From: Alphaproteobacteria bacterium
Lineage (GTDB): Bacteria; Pseudomonadota; Alphaproteobacteria; SP197
Assembly: GCA_964291415.2 (NCBI GenBank)
Contig: OZ219920.1
Span: 576,001 to 640,000 of the forward strand
Direction of reading: 5' to 3'
DNA: 64,000 bases
Shown here: one piece after another, positions 54,090 through 63,289 of the stretch
How the letters are laid out: each line of letters begins with the position of its first letter
Position numbering within the stretch: position 1 is the stretch's first letter
Made by a program: the position numbers and the translations under genes
Notes under the pieces: generated by a model
Seen by the model: only the letters and a program-made list of their open reading frames with translations
What the model was told of the DNA's origin: nothing
The model's database searches: none

Positions 54090-54866
54090 GTGAAGATCAC
54101 GGTTATCAGTCTGGATCGATCGAAGGATCGACAACGTGAAATCTCAGCGCATCTGGGAGCGTTGGGATTGGACTTTGACTTCCACCGCGCGGTTGATGGC
54201 GTGAAATTCCCGGATGAGTGTCGAGCATTGGTGGACTGGAATGGATCCCGTCGCAATGGCATCTATGTCCAGATGGGTTCCGTGGCCAACTGGATCAGCC
54301 AGTGCCAGGTGTTCCAAGACATGGTGGAGAATGGCCCTGAAGTCATGACTGTGCTGGAGGATGACGCCGTACCAACCGGGGAATTGGCGTCGGTTCTGGG
54401 ATTGCTTGAGACCATGACCGACCAGTTTGACATCGTCTTTCTTCACTCCGGTCCGGACCGGCCATTCATACCGGCACTTGATCTTCCAACTGGTCACCGG
54501 TTGGGGAGACTGCGGTGGTCGCACTTTGGAACGCAGGGTTACGTGATTACCAGGCGGGCAGCGGCGACTTTTCTGCAACACTATCCCCTGGCAAGGACCG
54601 GAATTGATCGTGCTCTCGCAAGCTATTGGAGACATGGTTTGAGGACGTTCTGCCTGCGTCCCGCGGTTGTTCACCATGCGGAGCACTTCCAGCATGAGAA
54701 TTCGCTGAAGTGGCAAGCGGCTGTCATCAGGTGGGAGGATCCCCTGTGGCGTCTGCGTCGTGGATGGTTCAGGACGAAAGAGGGTGTAGCCAAGAGGATC
54801 GCGTTTTCGCGGCTCATGATGGAGGCGCATGGCCCATTGGACGGTCTTCGCAAAGTGCTTTGGTGA
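54090..54866 (+). CDS. Glycosyltransferase family 25
   Basis: VISLDRSKDR, AVDG, VLEDDA, GTQGYVIT. Confidence 0.88.
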   Translation: MKITVISLDRSKDRQREISAHLGALGLDFDFHRAVDGVKFPDECRALVDWNGSRRNGIYVQMGSVANWISQCQVFQDMVENGPEVMTVLEDDAVPTGELASVLGLLETMTDQFDIVFLHSGPDRPFIPALDLPTGHRLGRLRWSHFGTQGYVITRRAAATFLQHYPLARTGIDRALASYWRHGLRTFCLRPAVVHHAEHFQHENSLKWQAAVIRWEDPLWRLRRGWFRTKEGVAKRIAFSRLMMEAHGPLDGLRKVLW

Positions 54867-55067
54867 ATTGTCTTGTTGCTTGGCGTTCCTTGTTGCTTGG
54901 CGTTCTTGGCACCTATCAGTTCTTTCTGCGGTGCTACCGGGACTTGTGCGCGCATCCGTGGAGAGCTGAATACAGGAAGTGGCGCGCTCGCTGCTTCTTG
55001 GGCTGCCCCAGCTGGCGCGCCGGTGCAGGACCGCCACGTTGTCGGTCGCATTGTGGAATTCTCGGGC

Positions 55068-55537
55068 ATGACGCAGCCGATAAGCCTCGACGTCAACGGC
55101 AAGACGTACAGCCTCGAGGCGGGTCCGGACGAGCCCCTGGCGCTCGTCCTGCGCAACCGTCTCGGGTTGACGGGCGTCTAGGTGGGCTGCGGAGTTGAGC
55201 AGTGCGGCGCCTGCGCCGTGCTCGTCGATGGGGAGTCCACGCTGAGCTGTTTCCGGCCGGCGGCCGAATTCGCCGGACAGGAGATCGAGACGGTGGAGGG
55301 GCCGGGAGGCCCCGAGCGCCCCGGTCCGGTGCGCTAGGCGCTCATCGATGCCGGCGCGGTGCAGTGCGGATACTGCACGGTCGGACCGGTGGTCGCGATC
55401 ACGGGCCTGCTGCGCAGTCGGCCGTGGCCGGACCAAAAACGCGATCCGTGCCGCGCTGGTGCCGCATCTCTGCCGCTGCAGCGCCCAATCCAGGGTGCTG
55501 CGCGATGCGGGCACTGGCGGCTGAGAGGGACCGGTGA
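55068..55537 (+). pseudogene. (2Fe-2S) small subunit of a molybdoenzyme, with in-frame stops
   Basis: LGLTGV*VGCGVEQCGACAVLVDG, QCGYCT; TAG at 55179-55181 and a second near 55335. Confidence 0.82.
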
Positions 55538-55908
55538 CGGGCAACCCAAGTCTGGCGGCCTATTCGAATGTCGAGGACTGGATTGCCGTGCGCGCGGATG
55601 GCGGCGTGGAGGTCCGTTCGGGAAAGGTGGAGATCGGGCAGGGGATCGACACCGCGGTGGCGCTCATCGTGGCGGACGAACTGGGGGCGCCCGTCGATCG
55701 GGTTCTCATGACACCGGTCAGCATCGGTCTCGTGCCGGACGAGGGTTACACGGCAGGCAGCAGCTCGCTGGAACACTCGGGTCAGGCGCTGCGCCTTGAC
55801 GCCGTCACAGCACGGCGTGAGCTTCTCCGTCCGGCCTCGCGGCACCTGAGCGTCGATGCCGCGGATCCGAAGACCGGGACACGATGGTCCGTTTGCGCGG
55901 GCCCTTGA
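55534..55908 (+). pseudogene. Molybdopterin-binding large subunit, N-terminal fragment
   Basis: SGKVEIGQGIDTA..IVADEL, PDEGYTAGSSS; truncated. Confidence 0.8.
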
Positions 55909-56036
55909 TCTCACGGAGAGCGGCGACAATGGAACATTGCGGAGGAATGTCCTTCGGGCCTTCAGCCGGTTCTGCAAGTGCAACGTGCACCGCTGTGGCT
56001 GGAAGGGAGGACACAGGAACTTGCTCATGGGCCTGA

Positions 56037-56567
56037 TTGCAAGCCTCCACTACCTGCTTTCCCAACTCGGGGCATGTCTTGAATTGCGGGGTTGTCGAGG
56101 GCCGATCCGCCTCTGAAGTTTCCCGGGAGCATGAGACGGGTGACGTGAACAGTATGGAAGAGGCCTTCGGGGAAACGGAAACGGCGGCCGGGGTGACAGT
56201 GAAGGCAGCATCGCGTGTGCTGTCGCAGGCCCGCGCCATGGTCAAGGCGGCGCAGTCCGGCAACGTCGCGGCCATCAGGCGTGCAGGACAGCATCTTGAT
56301 GTCGCGTTCTCGGGCCTGGTTGAGTGCGCGGAGGATGCCTGCGAGAGCTGGACGTTCGACGAGGAACAGGAACGGCAGTTCTTCGAGACCCGGTTCGTGG
56401 CGGAACTGAAGGCGGCCACTGCGGAAAGAGGGCTGACGCTCCACGAACGCGAAGGGCTCCTGATGCGCTACCCGTCGATCGTTCGTGCGCTGGCGGGCGA
56501 GTGCGCCGTCAGGATGGACAGAAAGAAGGTGTCGACGGTGCGGCCGTCGTTTCTGGACTCGATGTGA
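56037..56567 (+). CDS. Hypothetical helical protein, possibly 3'-truncated
   Basis: Protein-like ORF; no family recognised with confidence. Confidence 0.45.
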   Translation: MQASTTCFPNSGHVLNCGVVEGRSASEVSREHETGDVNSMEEAFGETETAAGVTVKAASRVLSQARAMVKAAQSGNVAAIRRAGQHLDVAFSGLVECAEDACESWTFDEEQERQFFETRFVAELKAATAERGLTLHEREGLLMRYPSIVRALAGECAVRMDRKKVSTVRPSFLDSM

Positions 56568-57061
56568 ACGGGCGATGGCCGGTCACAGCAGACCCTTTTT
56601 GCGGGTGTCGGAAATCATCCGCTTCTTCGGCATGGTGCGCTGCATCACGGCGAGGCCCACCCTCCACCCGCCAGGTTGCGATGATGACGTTCTTGGCCCG
56701 GAACGTGCGTGCCGCGAAGGGTGCTCACCGTGACGCGATCGTCTTCGGCTGCGATGTCGTCGACCTCCGCAATCGTTCGGTGGCGCGGCAGGACGGCGCC
56801 TCCATGAAGAGTTCCGGATGCCGGAACCATGTGCCATTCGAAGGGGACGCCGTCGGGCGATTCCCTGAAATGCCCCGCCATCGCCAACCGTATCCCTCAG
56901 GCCCGGGCCTTAAGGCAGGAAGCGGAACCTGGCCTCCCGTACACGTCCCATCGGCCAGGCGGGCGGCTTGATCAGCCATGTCGGATCGCTTCTCGGCCTT
57001 GTCCACGTTTCTTTCCCGCTCGGGGAATTTCATTCCATGAGGGTCGTTTGCCTCTTGTGTG

Positions 57062-57123
57062 ATCCTTATCGGGACATTTTAGTTGACAGAACCCAGGAAC
57101 CAAGGCATGTTCCCGTTCGGTAA
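57062..57123 (+). promoter_or_regulatory. hipBA promoter and operators
   Basis: TTGACA (57083-88)-17 nt-CATGTT, flanked by imperfect dyads TCCTTATCGGGA and TTCCCGTTCGGTAA. Confidence 0.55.
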
Positions 57124-57128
57124 ACTCC

Positions 57129-57371
57129 ATGCTCCACCGAACCCTCACACCCGCAGACATTGGCCGCGTCGTCAGAGCCACCCGCAAGTCCGCCGGGCTG
57201 CGCCAGGACGAACTAGCCGGGGCGGCCGGTGTTGGCCTGCGCTTCCTCGTTGAGCTCGAACGCGGAAAGCCGACCGCACAAATCGGCAAGGCGCTTCAGG
57301 TCCTGCAGGCCCTCGGTTGCTCACTGGACATCGCGACACCGCCGGAGCCCGAGGACACGGAGAAGGGATGA
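57129..57371 (+). CDS. hipB: HipB-like HTH antitoxin
   Basis: LRQDELAGAAGVGLRFLVELERGKPT. Confidence 0.9.
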   Translation: MLHRTLTPADIGRVVRATRKSAGLRQDELAGAAGVGLRFLVELERGKPTAQIGKALQVLQALGCSLDIATPPEPEDTEKG

Positions 57372-58628
57372 GGCGTGTTCTCCACGTCTGGTGGGACGGG
57401 AAACCTGTCGGCCAGCTGACTCAGGATCGCTACGGCGACCTCGGGTTCGCCTATTCCGAGAGTTGGCTTCGCGATGAGAGTGCCCAGCCTCTCTCCGCTT
57501 CCCTGCCCAAGCGCGAGGAGCCGTTTTCCCCGCCGCGAGTGCCGCCCCTTCTTTGCCGGCCTGCTGCCCGAGGACAGTCAGCGCAACGCCGCCGCCCAGG
57601 CGTTGGGCGTATCCAGCGGCAACGACTTTGCGCTTCTCGAAGGCCTTGGCGGCGACGTGGCAGGCGCACTTCAGCTCCTGCCGCCTGGAGAGCCTCCAGG
57701 AGACTCCGACTTCGACAGCCAGCCGTCTCCACTCGATGAGGCGGAGCTGATCGGCGTGCTTGACGCATTGCCGACACGCCCATTGCTTGCGGGCACAGAG
57801 GGGCTCAGGCTCTCACTCGCCGGCGCCCAGTCCAAGTTGCCGGTTGTTCTCGTGGATGGCGATATCGCTTTGCCCCTGTCCGGGCAACCGACCACTCACA
57901 TTCTGAAGCCGCCGGTCGCAAGGTTTCCCGGTACCACAGAGAATGAAGCCTTCGTGATGCGGCTCGCCGCAGACATCGGTCTTGATGTCGCACGGGTGGA
58001 ACCGCGCCTGATCGGCAACCGGCCGTTCCTCCTGGTTGAGAGGTATGACCGTTTCGTGGGTGCCGATCGCAGAACCCGGCGCATCCACCAGGAAGACTTC
58101 TGTCAAGCGCTCTCGGTGCCGCCGGAACTGAAGTATGCCGAAGAGGGAGGTCCGACGCTTGAAGACTGCTTTCGCCTTCTCCGCTCTCTCTCCATTCACC
58201 CGGCACTCGACATCCTGAAGCTGCTCGATGCGGTCATTTTCAATCTGATCGTCGGCAATGCCGACGCGCACGGAAAGAACTTCTCCATCCTGTACCGCAG
58301 GAGCGGGCCCCGTCTCGCGCCCCTCTACGATCTGCTGTCGACCGTGGCCTGGCCCGAGCTGTCGCCCAGGTTCGCCATGACGATCGGCAAGCGCGCGACG
58401 CTCGCGGAACTGGACGCCGAGGGCTGGGCGGCATTCGCTTCTGGCGCCGTCCTGGGGTTGCCTTTCGTGCGCCGTCGCGTTGCCGACATCAGCCAGACCA
58501 TCAAGACACGGGCGGAAAGGGTGGCATGCACACTGAAGTATCCGGGTCTGGATGCGGGGATTCTCTCGCGTATGGCCAAACGCATCGCAGACCGGGCGGA
58601 GCGGTGCGTCCATACGATCCGGGAGTGA
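57368..58628 (+). pseudogene. hipA: HipA kinase toxin with +1 frameshift near 57530
   Basis: HipA_N PLSASLP, then shift in TTTTCCCC to FFAGLLPE; SLAGAQSK, IHQEDFCQ, GNADAHGKN, LAPLYD. Confidence 0.88.
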
Positions 58629-59141
58629 CGTCGACTCCGATATGATGTTCTTGCGGCACCCTGACGGTATCAGAGTGCCGTGGCGTCCGGTCGAAAATCA
58701 CCCGACACACTGCCGAAGTGCGTGGTTCCGGGCCTGAGTGGAGTGCTTTGTCAGATGCTCATCCGCCGAGACTGAAAGAGCTTTCAAGCGGCGCGGGCGT
58801 GGTGCCCGAGCGTTCGAAAAGATGGAGTGGCGGAACAGCTTGTGCGACATTGGCGGCGTCTCTCGTCGATATCATCGTCACCGAGGCAAGCTCCTCGGCG
58901 GTCTTCTTGCAAGATCGCCAGGTGCGCTCTCCCCAAGATCTCGATCAATCTGAGCGAATCAACCCCGAATCGCCGCTGAAAGCCTACGCCCGCTCCGTCG
59001 TGAGCTTGGGCGGGTGAGAGTGTCGGTGAAGGAAGATTGTTCGGCTTGAAATGATGTTGACGGCACGGCCCCTGCCACTTGCGGTCGAACACTTGGGGCT
59101 CTATATGTTCTGTTATTGTTCCATCGTGCAAAGCCCGTCCA

Positions 59142-60089
59142 ATGTCGTTGCCGTCGCAGCCTCATGATACGCTCTTCCGGGCGATCGTCTCCGCACCGCC
59201 GCTTGCCGCAGCGCTGCTGGCAGACTATCTCCCGGGCGAACTCGGCGCCCTCCTTGACCCCGCCAAGCCGCCGGAGCACGTCGAGGGCACGTTCATCGAT
59301 GACGAGGGGGGCAGATGCCAGTGCGACGCGCTCTTCCGTGCGCGCCTTGCCACGGGCGAGCCTCTTCACATTTACGTGCTCGTCGAGCACAAGAGCCAGG
59401 TTGACGGGACGACGCCTCTGCAGTTGCTGGGCTACATGGTGAACATCTGGCGCCGGGATCTTGCGGACGGGACGGGAAACGTGAAGCCGATCGTTCCCCT
59501 GGTCTTCTACCACGGTCGGCAGGAATGGCGGGTGCCACTGTCGGTGGCGGCGATGATCGACGCGCCGGAGGTTCTGGCGCCGTATGTGCGGGACTTTGCC
59601 TACACGGTGCACGATCTGGGCCGGATTGCGCCGGAGCGGCTCAGCCGCGATCCGGAAGTGCGCTCGGCGCTGGTGGCGACGGCGACGGACATGGGCCCGG
59701 AGGATCTGGACCGGATCGGCGCCGCTCTGGTTGCCGACGGCGTCATGGAACGTGATATTCTGCACTACCTTGCCGAGGTGGCGAATCTGATGCCGGCGGC
59801 GATGAAGGCTTCGTTGAGGCGCACACAGCCGGAACGATGGGAGATGCTGATGGGCACGATGGCAGAAACGTGGCTTGAAGAGGGACGGACAGAGGGACGG
59901 ACCGAGGGTCGGACCGAGGGAAAGGCCGAGCTGCTCCTGCAATTGATGGAACGGCGTTTCGGGGAGGTGTCAGAGACGGTGCGATCGCGCGTCTCCGGAG
60001 CCTCGACGGACGAGCTCGAGGCCTGGGGTGACGCGTTGCTTGAGGCGGCGAGCCTCGACGAGGTCATTGCTCGCGCATCCCGGCACTGA
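59142..60089 (+). CDS. Rpn-family recombination-promoting nuclease / putative transposase with DUF4351-like C-terminus
   Basis: PHDTLFR, CDALF, VLVEHKS, PLVFYHG..W; EGRT repeats then LLLQLMERRFG..ELEAWGDALL. Confidence 0.92.
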   Translation: MSLPSQPHDTLFRAIVSAPPLAAALLADYLPGELGALLDPAKPPEHVEGTFIDDEGGRCQCDALFRARLATGEPLHIYVLVEHKSQVDGTTPLQLLGYMVNIWRRDLADGTGNVKPIVPLVFYHGRQEWRVPLSVAAMIDAPEVLAPYVRDFAYTVHDLGRIAPERLSRDPEVRSALVATATDMGPEDLDRIGAALVADGVMERDILHYLAEVANLMPAAMKASLRRTQPERWEMLMGTMAETWLEEGRTEGRTEGRTEGKAELLLQLMERRFGEVSETVRSRVSGASTDELEAWGDALLEAASLDEVIARASRH

Positions 60090-60196
60090 CGACTCCCCGC
60101 TGTGTTCGTCCGACCTTGGCCGCGTCGCAGGATCTGATGCCGACGGCGATGGAGAGTTCGCTGAGGCGCACGCAGCCGGAACGATGGGAGATGCTG

Positions 60197-60412
60197 ATGG
60201 GCACGATGGCGGAAACATGGATTGAAGTGGGCCGAACCGAGGGAAAGGCAGATCTGCTCCTGCGGCAGATGAAGCTGCGCTTTGGGGAACTGCCGGGGGC
60301 GGTGCGCACACGCATTGCCGGCGCCTCGACGGAGGAGCTTGACGCCTGGGGAGCGGCATTGCTGGACGCGCCAACCATCGAAGACGTCATGACCTCCTGT
60401 TCCCGGCACTGA
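60197..60412 (+). CDS. Rpn C-terminal cassette 1 (71 aa, RpnS-like)
   Basis: GGAG-6 nt-ATG; MGTMAETW...LDAWGAALL...SRH; homologous to the Rpn C-terminus. Confidence 0.75.
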   Translation: MGTMAETWIEVGRTEGKADLLLRQMKLRFGELPGAVRTRIAGASTEELDAWGAALLDAPTIEDVMTSCSRH

Positions 60413-60519
60413 CGACTCCCTGCTGCGTTCGTCCGACCTTGGCCGCGTTGCAGGACCTGACGCCGACGGCGATGCAGAGTTCGCTGGGGCGCACGCAGCC
60501 GGAACGATGGGAGATGCTG

Positions 60520-60735
60520 ATGGGCACGATGGCGGAAACATGGATTGAAGAGGGTCTGACTCAGGGTCAGGTAAGGGTGCTGCTGCGACTGATGGAGCGG
60601 CGGTTCGAGGAGGTGCCGGAGGCGGTGCGTGCACGCGTCGTCAGGGCCTCGATGGACGAGCTCGATGCCTGGGGCGATGCGCTGGTGGACGCGGCGACCC
60701 TCGACGAGGTCATCGCTCGTGCATCGCGGCACTGA
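60520..60735 (+). CDS. Rpn C-terminal cassette 2 (71 aa, RpnS-like)
   Basis: Exactly 323 bp after cassette 1; same leader, diverged body. Confidence 0.75.
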   Translation: MGTMAETWIEEGLTQGQVRVLLRLMERRFEEVPEAVRARVVRASMDELDAWGDALVDAATLDEVIARASRH

Positions 60736-61088
60736 CGGTACCGAACTGCGTTCGCCTGGCCATGGACAATGACCCGGACAAGCGGTGGCGGAGGGGTGGC
60801 GTCGTGCCGCCGGAAGGCACGATGGCACGGACGTGGTTTGAACAGGGTTTTGCCGAGGGTTTGGGCGAAGTGCGTGCCGAATGGGACAGGGAGCGTGCCT
60901 TCGGAATGGCGGAACTGCTGTCAATCCCAACCGAAAATTGCTCACTTTTCGGAATCGAAAATCTCTCACTGTGGCTGGGTGCAGCTGTGGGTAACTGGCC
61001 CGCCGCAGCGACCGCCACGAGTCTGGCGGCGGGGGGCCAGTTATCCACAGCGGGCGTCTCGCGCTGAAGTTGTTGTTGTTGGCGGCGA

Positions 61089-61880
61089 TCATGATCCGTC
61101 CTTCTTCCGGCGCCGCTCGGCGCCGGCCTGCAGCAGGTTCTGGTGATCGCGCATGCGATAGCTGTTCCCGCGGATGTTGACGATGTGGCAGTGATGGAGC
61201 AGGCGGTCGATCAGAGCTGCCGCCATGACCTCGTCGCCGAGCACGGCGCCCCACTCCTCGAAGCCCTTGTTGGAGGTGAGCACGGTCGAGGTCCTCTCGT
61301 GTCTGGCGTTGATGAGCTGGAAGAAGAGCACGGCGCCGTCCTGGCTGACGGGCAGGTAGCCGATCTCGTCGACGACGAGGAGAGGTGGATGGGTGAGCAC
61401 GCGCAGTCGGCGCGCCAGGTTGCCGGCGGCCCTGGCCTCGGTGAGGGAGTCGATGAGCCCTGTGAGCGTGCCGTAGTAGACGCGCCGTCCGGCCTCGGCC
61501 GCGGCAATCGCCAGGCTGATGGCCAAGTGAGTCTTCCCGACCCCTGGCGGGCCGAGCAGGATCACGTTCTCGCGGCGCTCGACGAAGCCGAGTTCGTGCA
61601 GGCTCTCGATCTGCTCGCGCTTGATGGAGGGCTGGAAGGCGAAGTCGAACTCCTCGAGGGTCTTGACCGCGGGCAGCCTGGAGGAGCGCATGGCGGTCTG
61701 CAGCCTGCGGTTGTTGCGCAGCACGATGTGGGCGTTCAGCAGCTGCTCGATGGCCTCGGCGGCTGAGATGGCGCCGCTGTCGGCCTGCGCCAGGATGCCG
61801 TCGACGGCCTCGAGGGCGCCGGGCATCTTGAGGTCGGCGAGCATGGCCCGCAGCCGGTCGCGGCGTGTCGGGGCCTTCAT
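61089..61880 (-). CDS. istB: IS21 helper ATPase IstB
   Basis: GPPGVGKTHLA, LLVVDEIGY, IDRLLHH. Confidence 0.93.
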   Translation of the reverse strand: MKAPTRRDRLRAMLADLKMPGALEAVDGILAQADSGAISAAEAIEQLLNAHIVLRNNRRLQTAMRSSRLPAVKTLEEFDFAFQPSIKREQIESLHELGFVERRENVILLGPPGVGKTHLAISLAIAAAEAGRRVYYGTLTGLIDSLTEARAAGNLARRLRVLTHPPLLVVDEIGYLPVSQDGAVLFFQLINARHERTSTVLTSNKGFEEWGAVLGDEVMAAALIDRLLHHCHIVNIRGNSYRMRDHQNLLQAGAERRRKKDGS

Positions 61881-62895
61881 TGCAGTGCCTCGGCGTAGAC
61901 GCTGAGCGGCCGCCGCTCGACGTCCACGGCGGCCGGCAGGCGCCGCGGCGCCGGATCCGGGGTCTGGCGCAGACCGAGCCGTCGGTAGGGGCTGTTGGCC
62001 AGGGGCCGCAGCACCGCGCTTTCGTCGCGTTCGAAGCGGTCGACGGGGCGCTCCCCGGTCGTGCCGTGCCGACGCACGTTGGCCACCGCGTCGAGCCAGC
62101 CTGCGGCCTGCAGGTTGAGATCGTCGTCGTTGGCGAACTCCCGACCATAGAAGAAACTCTCCCGGATGTAGCGGATCGGGCGCTCGACCTTGCCCTTGGT
62201 CCGCGCCCTGTAGGGCCTGCACGAGCGGGGCAGGAAGCCCCAGTGCCTGGCGAAGCGCAGGAACTCCTCGTTGAGCACCAGGCCGCCGCCGGCGGCGCGG
62301 TCGTCGGACAGCACGACAGCGCGCATCTGGTCGAACAGCATCTCGTCGGGAACCCCGCCGAATGCCTCGAAGGCGCTCTCCAGACCCTCCATCAGGACCG
62401 GCATCGTCTGGCGGTGGTAGAAGCGCAACCACAAGAGCCGGGAGTAGCCGAGGACGACCACCAGCGCGTGACGCCGGCCCCAGGGAAGCCGGAAGGTGCC
62501 GAAGTCCACCTGGCCTTGGCGCCCTGCCGGCGTCTCGAACCGCACCGCCGGCTCGACCGGCTCACGCGGCCGAACCGTGCGCACGTACTGCCGCACGCGA
62601 TCATAGCCGCCCGGATAGCCGGCCGCGCGGACCTCGTCGAACAGACGCTTCGCCGACAGCTTCGGAAACTCCTCGAGACGTGTATCGATGATCGCCTTGT
62701 GTCCAGCTTGTGAGCCATCGGCGGGCGTGGCGAATATCCCTTCGGACCGGCCTCGAGGTCCCGGTCCAACTGACCCGTCTCGATCCAGTGGTGGATCGTG
62801 CGACGGTTCACCCCAAAACGCCGTGACAACTCCGCCTTCGAGACGCCCCGGTCCAGATAGTGCTTGAGCAACATCCTGGTCTCCCATCTGTACAT
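61877..62895 (-). pseudogene. istA: IS21 transposase IstA, frameshift near 62700
   Basis: HTH N-terminus ending HKLD in one frame; RFETPAGRQGQVDF, LFDQM, TKGKVER in another. Confidence 0.88.
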
Positions 62896-63253
62896 CCGCG
62901 CACCGCTTCCCGCTGCTGTTGGCTTCGCCAACAGCAGCGGTCCGGTGCACCTCAGTGACAACCCCAAAGTGAGAAACTTTGAGTGCGCATATGTGGGAGA
63001 TTTACGATCAGCACTAACAACTGCTCCTGCAATTGATGAAACGGCGCTTCGGGGAGGTGTCAGATACGGTGCGATCACGCGTCTCCGGGGCCTCGACGGA
63101 CGAGCTCGAAGCCTGGGGCGACGCGTTGCTTGAGGCGGCGACCCTCGACGAGGTCATGACTCGCGCATCCCGGCACTGACGACACCGAGCTGCGTTCGCC
63201 TGGCCACCGACAAGCGGTGGCGGAGGGGTGGCATCGCGCCGCCGGCAGGCACG

Positions 63254-63289
63254 ATGGCACGGACATGGTTTGAACAGGGGTTTGGTTGA
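63254..63289 (+). pseudogene. Rpn C-terminal cassette 4, truncated (MARTWFEQGFG*)
   Basis: Leader 63180-63253 is similar to the cassette 3 leader 60736-60821. Confidence 0.7.

Larger units (their letters stand above)
60919..63019 (-). mobile_element. IS21 family element with 5-bp target duplication ACTGC
   Basis: TG...CA ends (TGTCAATCCCAACCGAAAATT / TGTTAGTGCTGATCGTAAATC); ACTGC at 60914-60918 and 63020-63024. Confidence 0.92.
60822..63179 (+). pseudogene. Rpn C-terminal cassette 3, split by IS21
   Basis: MARTWFEQG...MAEL | IS | LLQLMKRRFGEVSDTVRSR...ASRH*; frame restored when the IS and one ACTGC copy are removed. Confidence 0.85.

Noticed and set aside
56570-57000. Possible ester-cyclase (SnoaL-like) remnant on -
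   Set aside because: Only a short DDIAAEDDRV..TLRGTH resemblance; too weak to call
60089-60735. 323-bp periodic array as CRISPR or as a DGR template/variable pair
   Set aside because: Units are homologous coding sequence rather than unique spacers; no cas or reverse transcriptase in the window; differences are not limited to adenines
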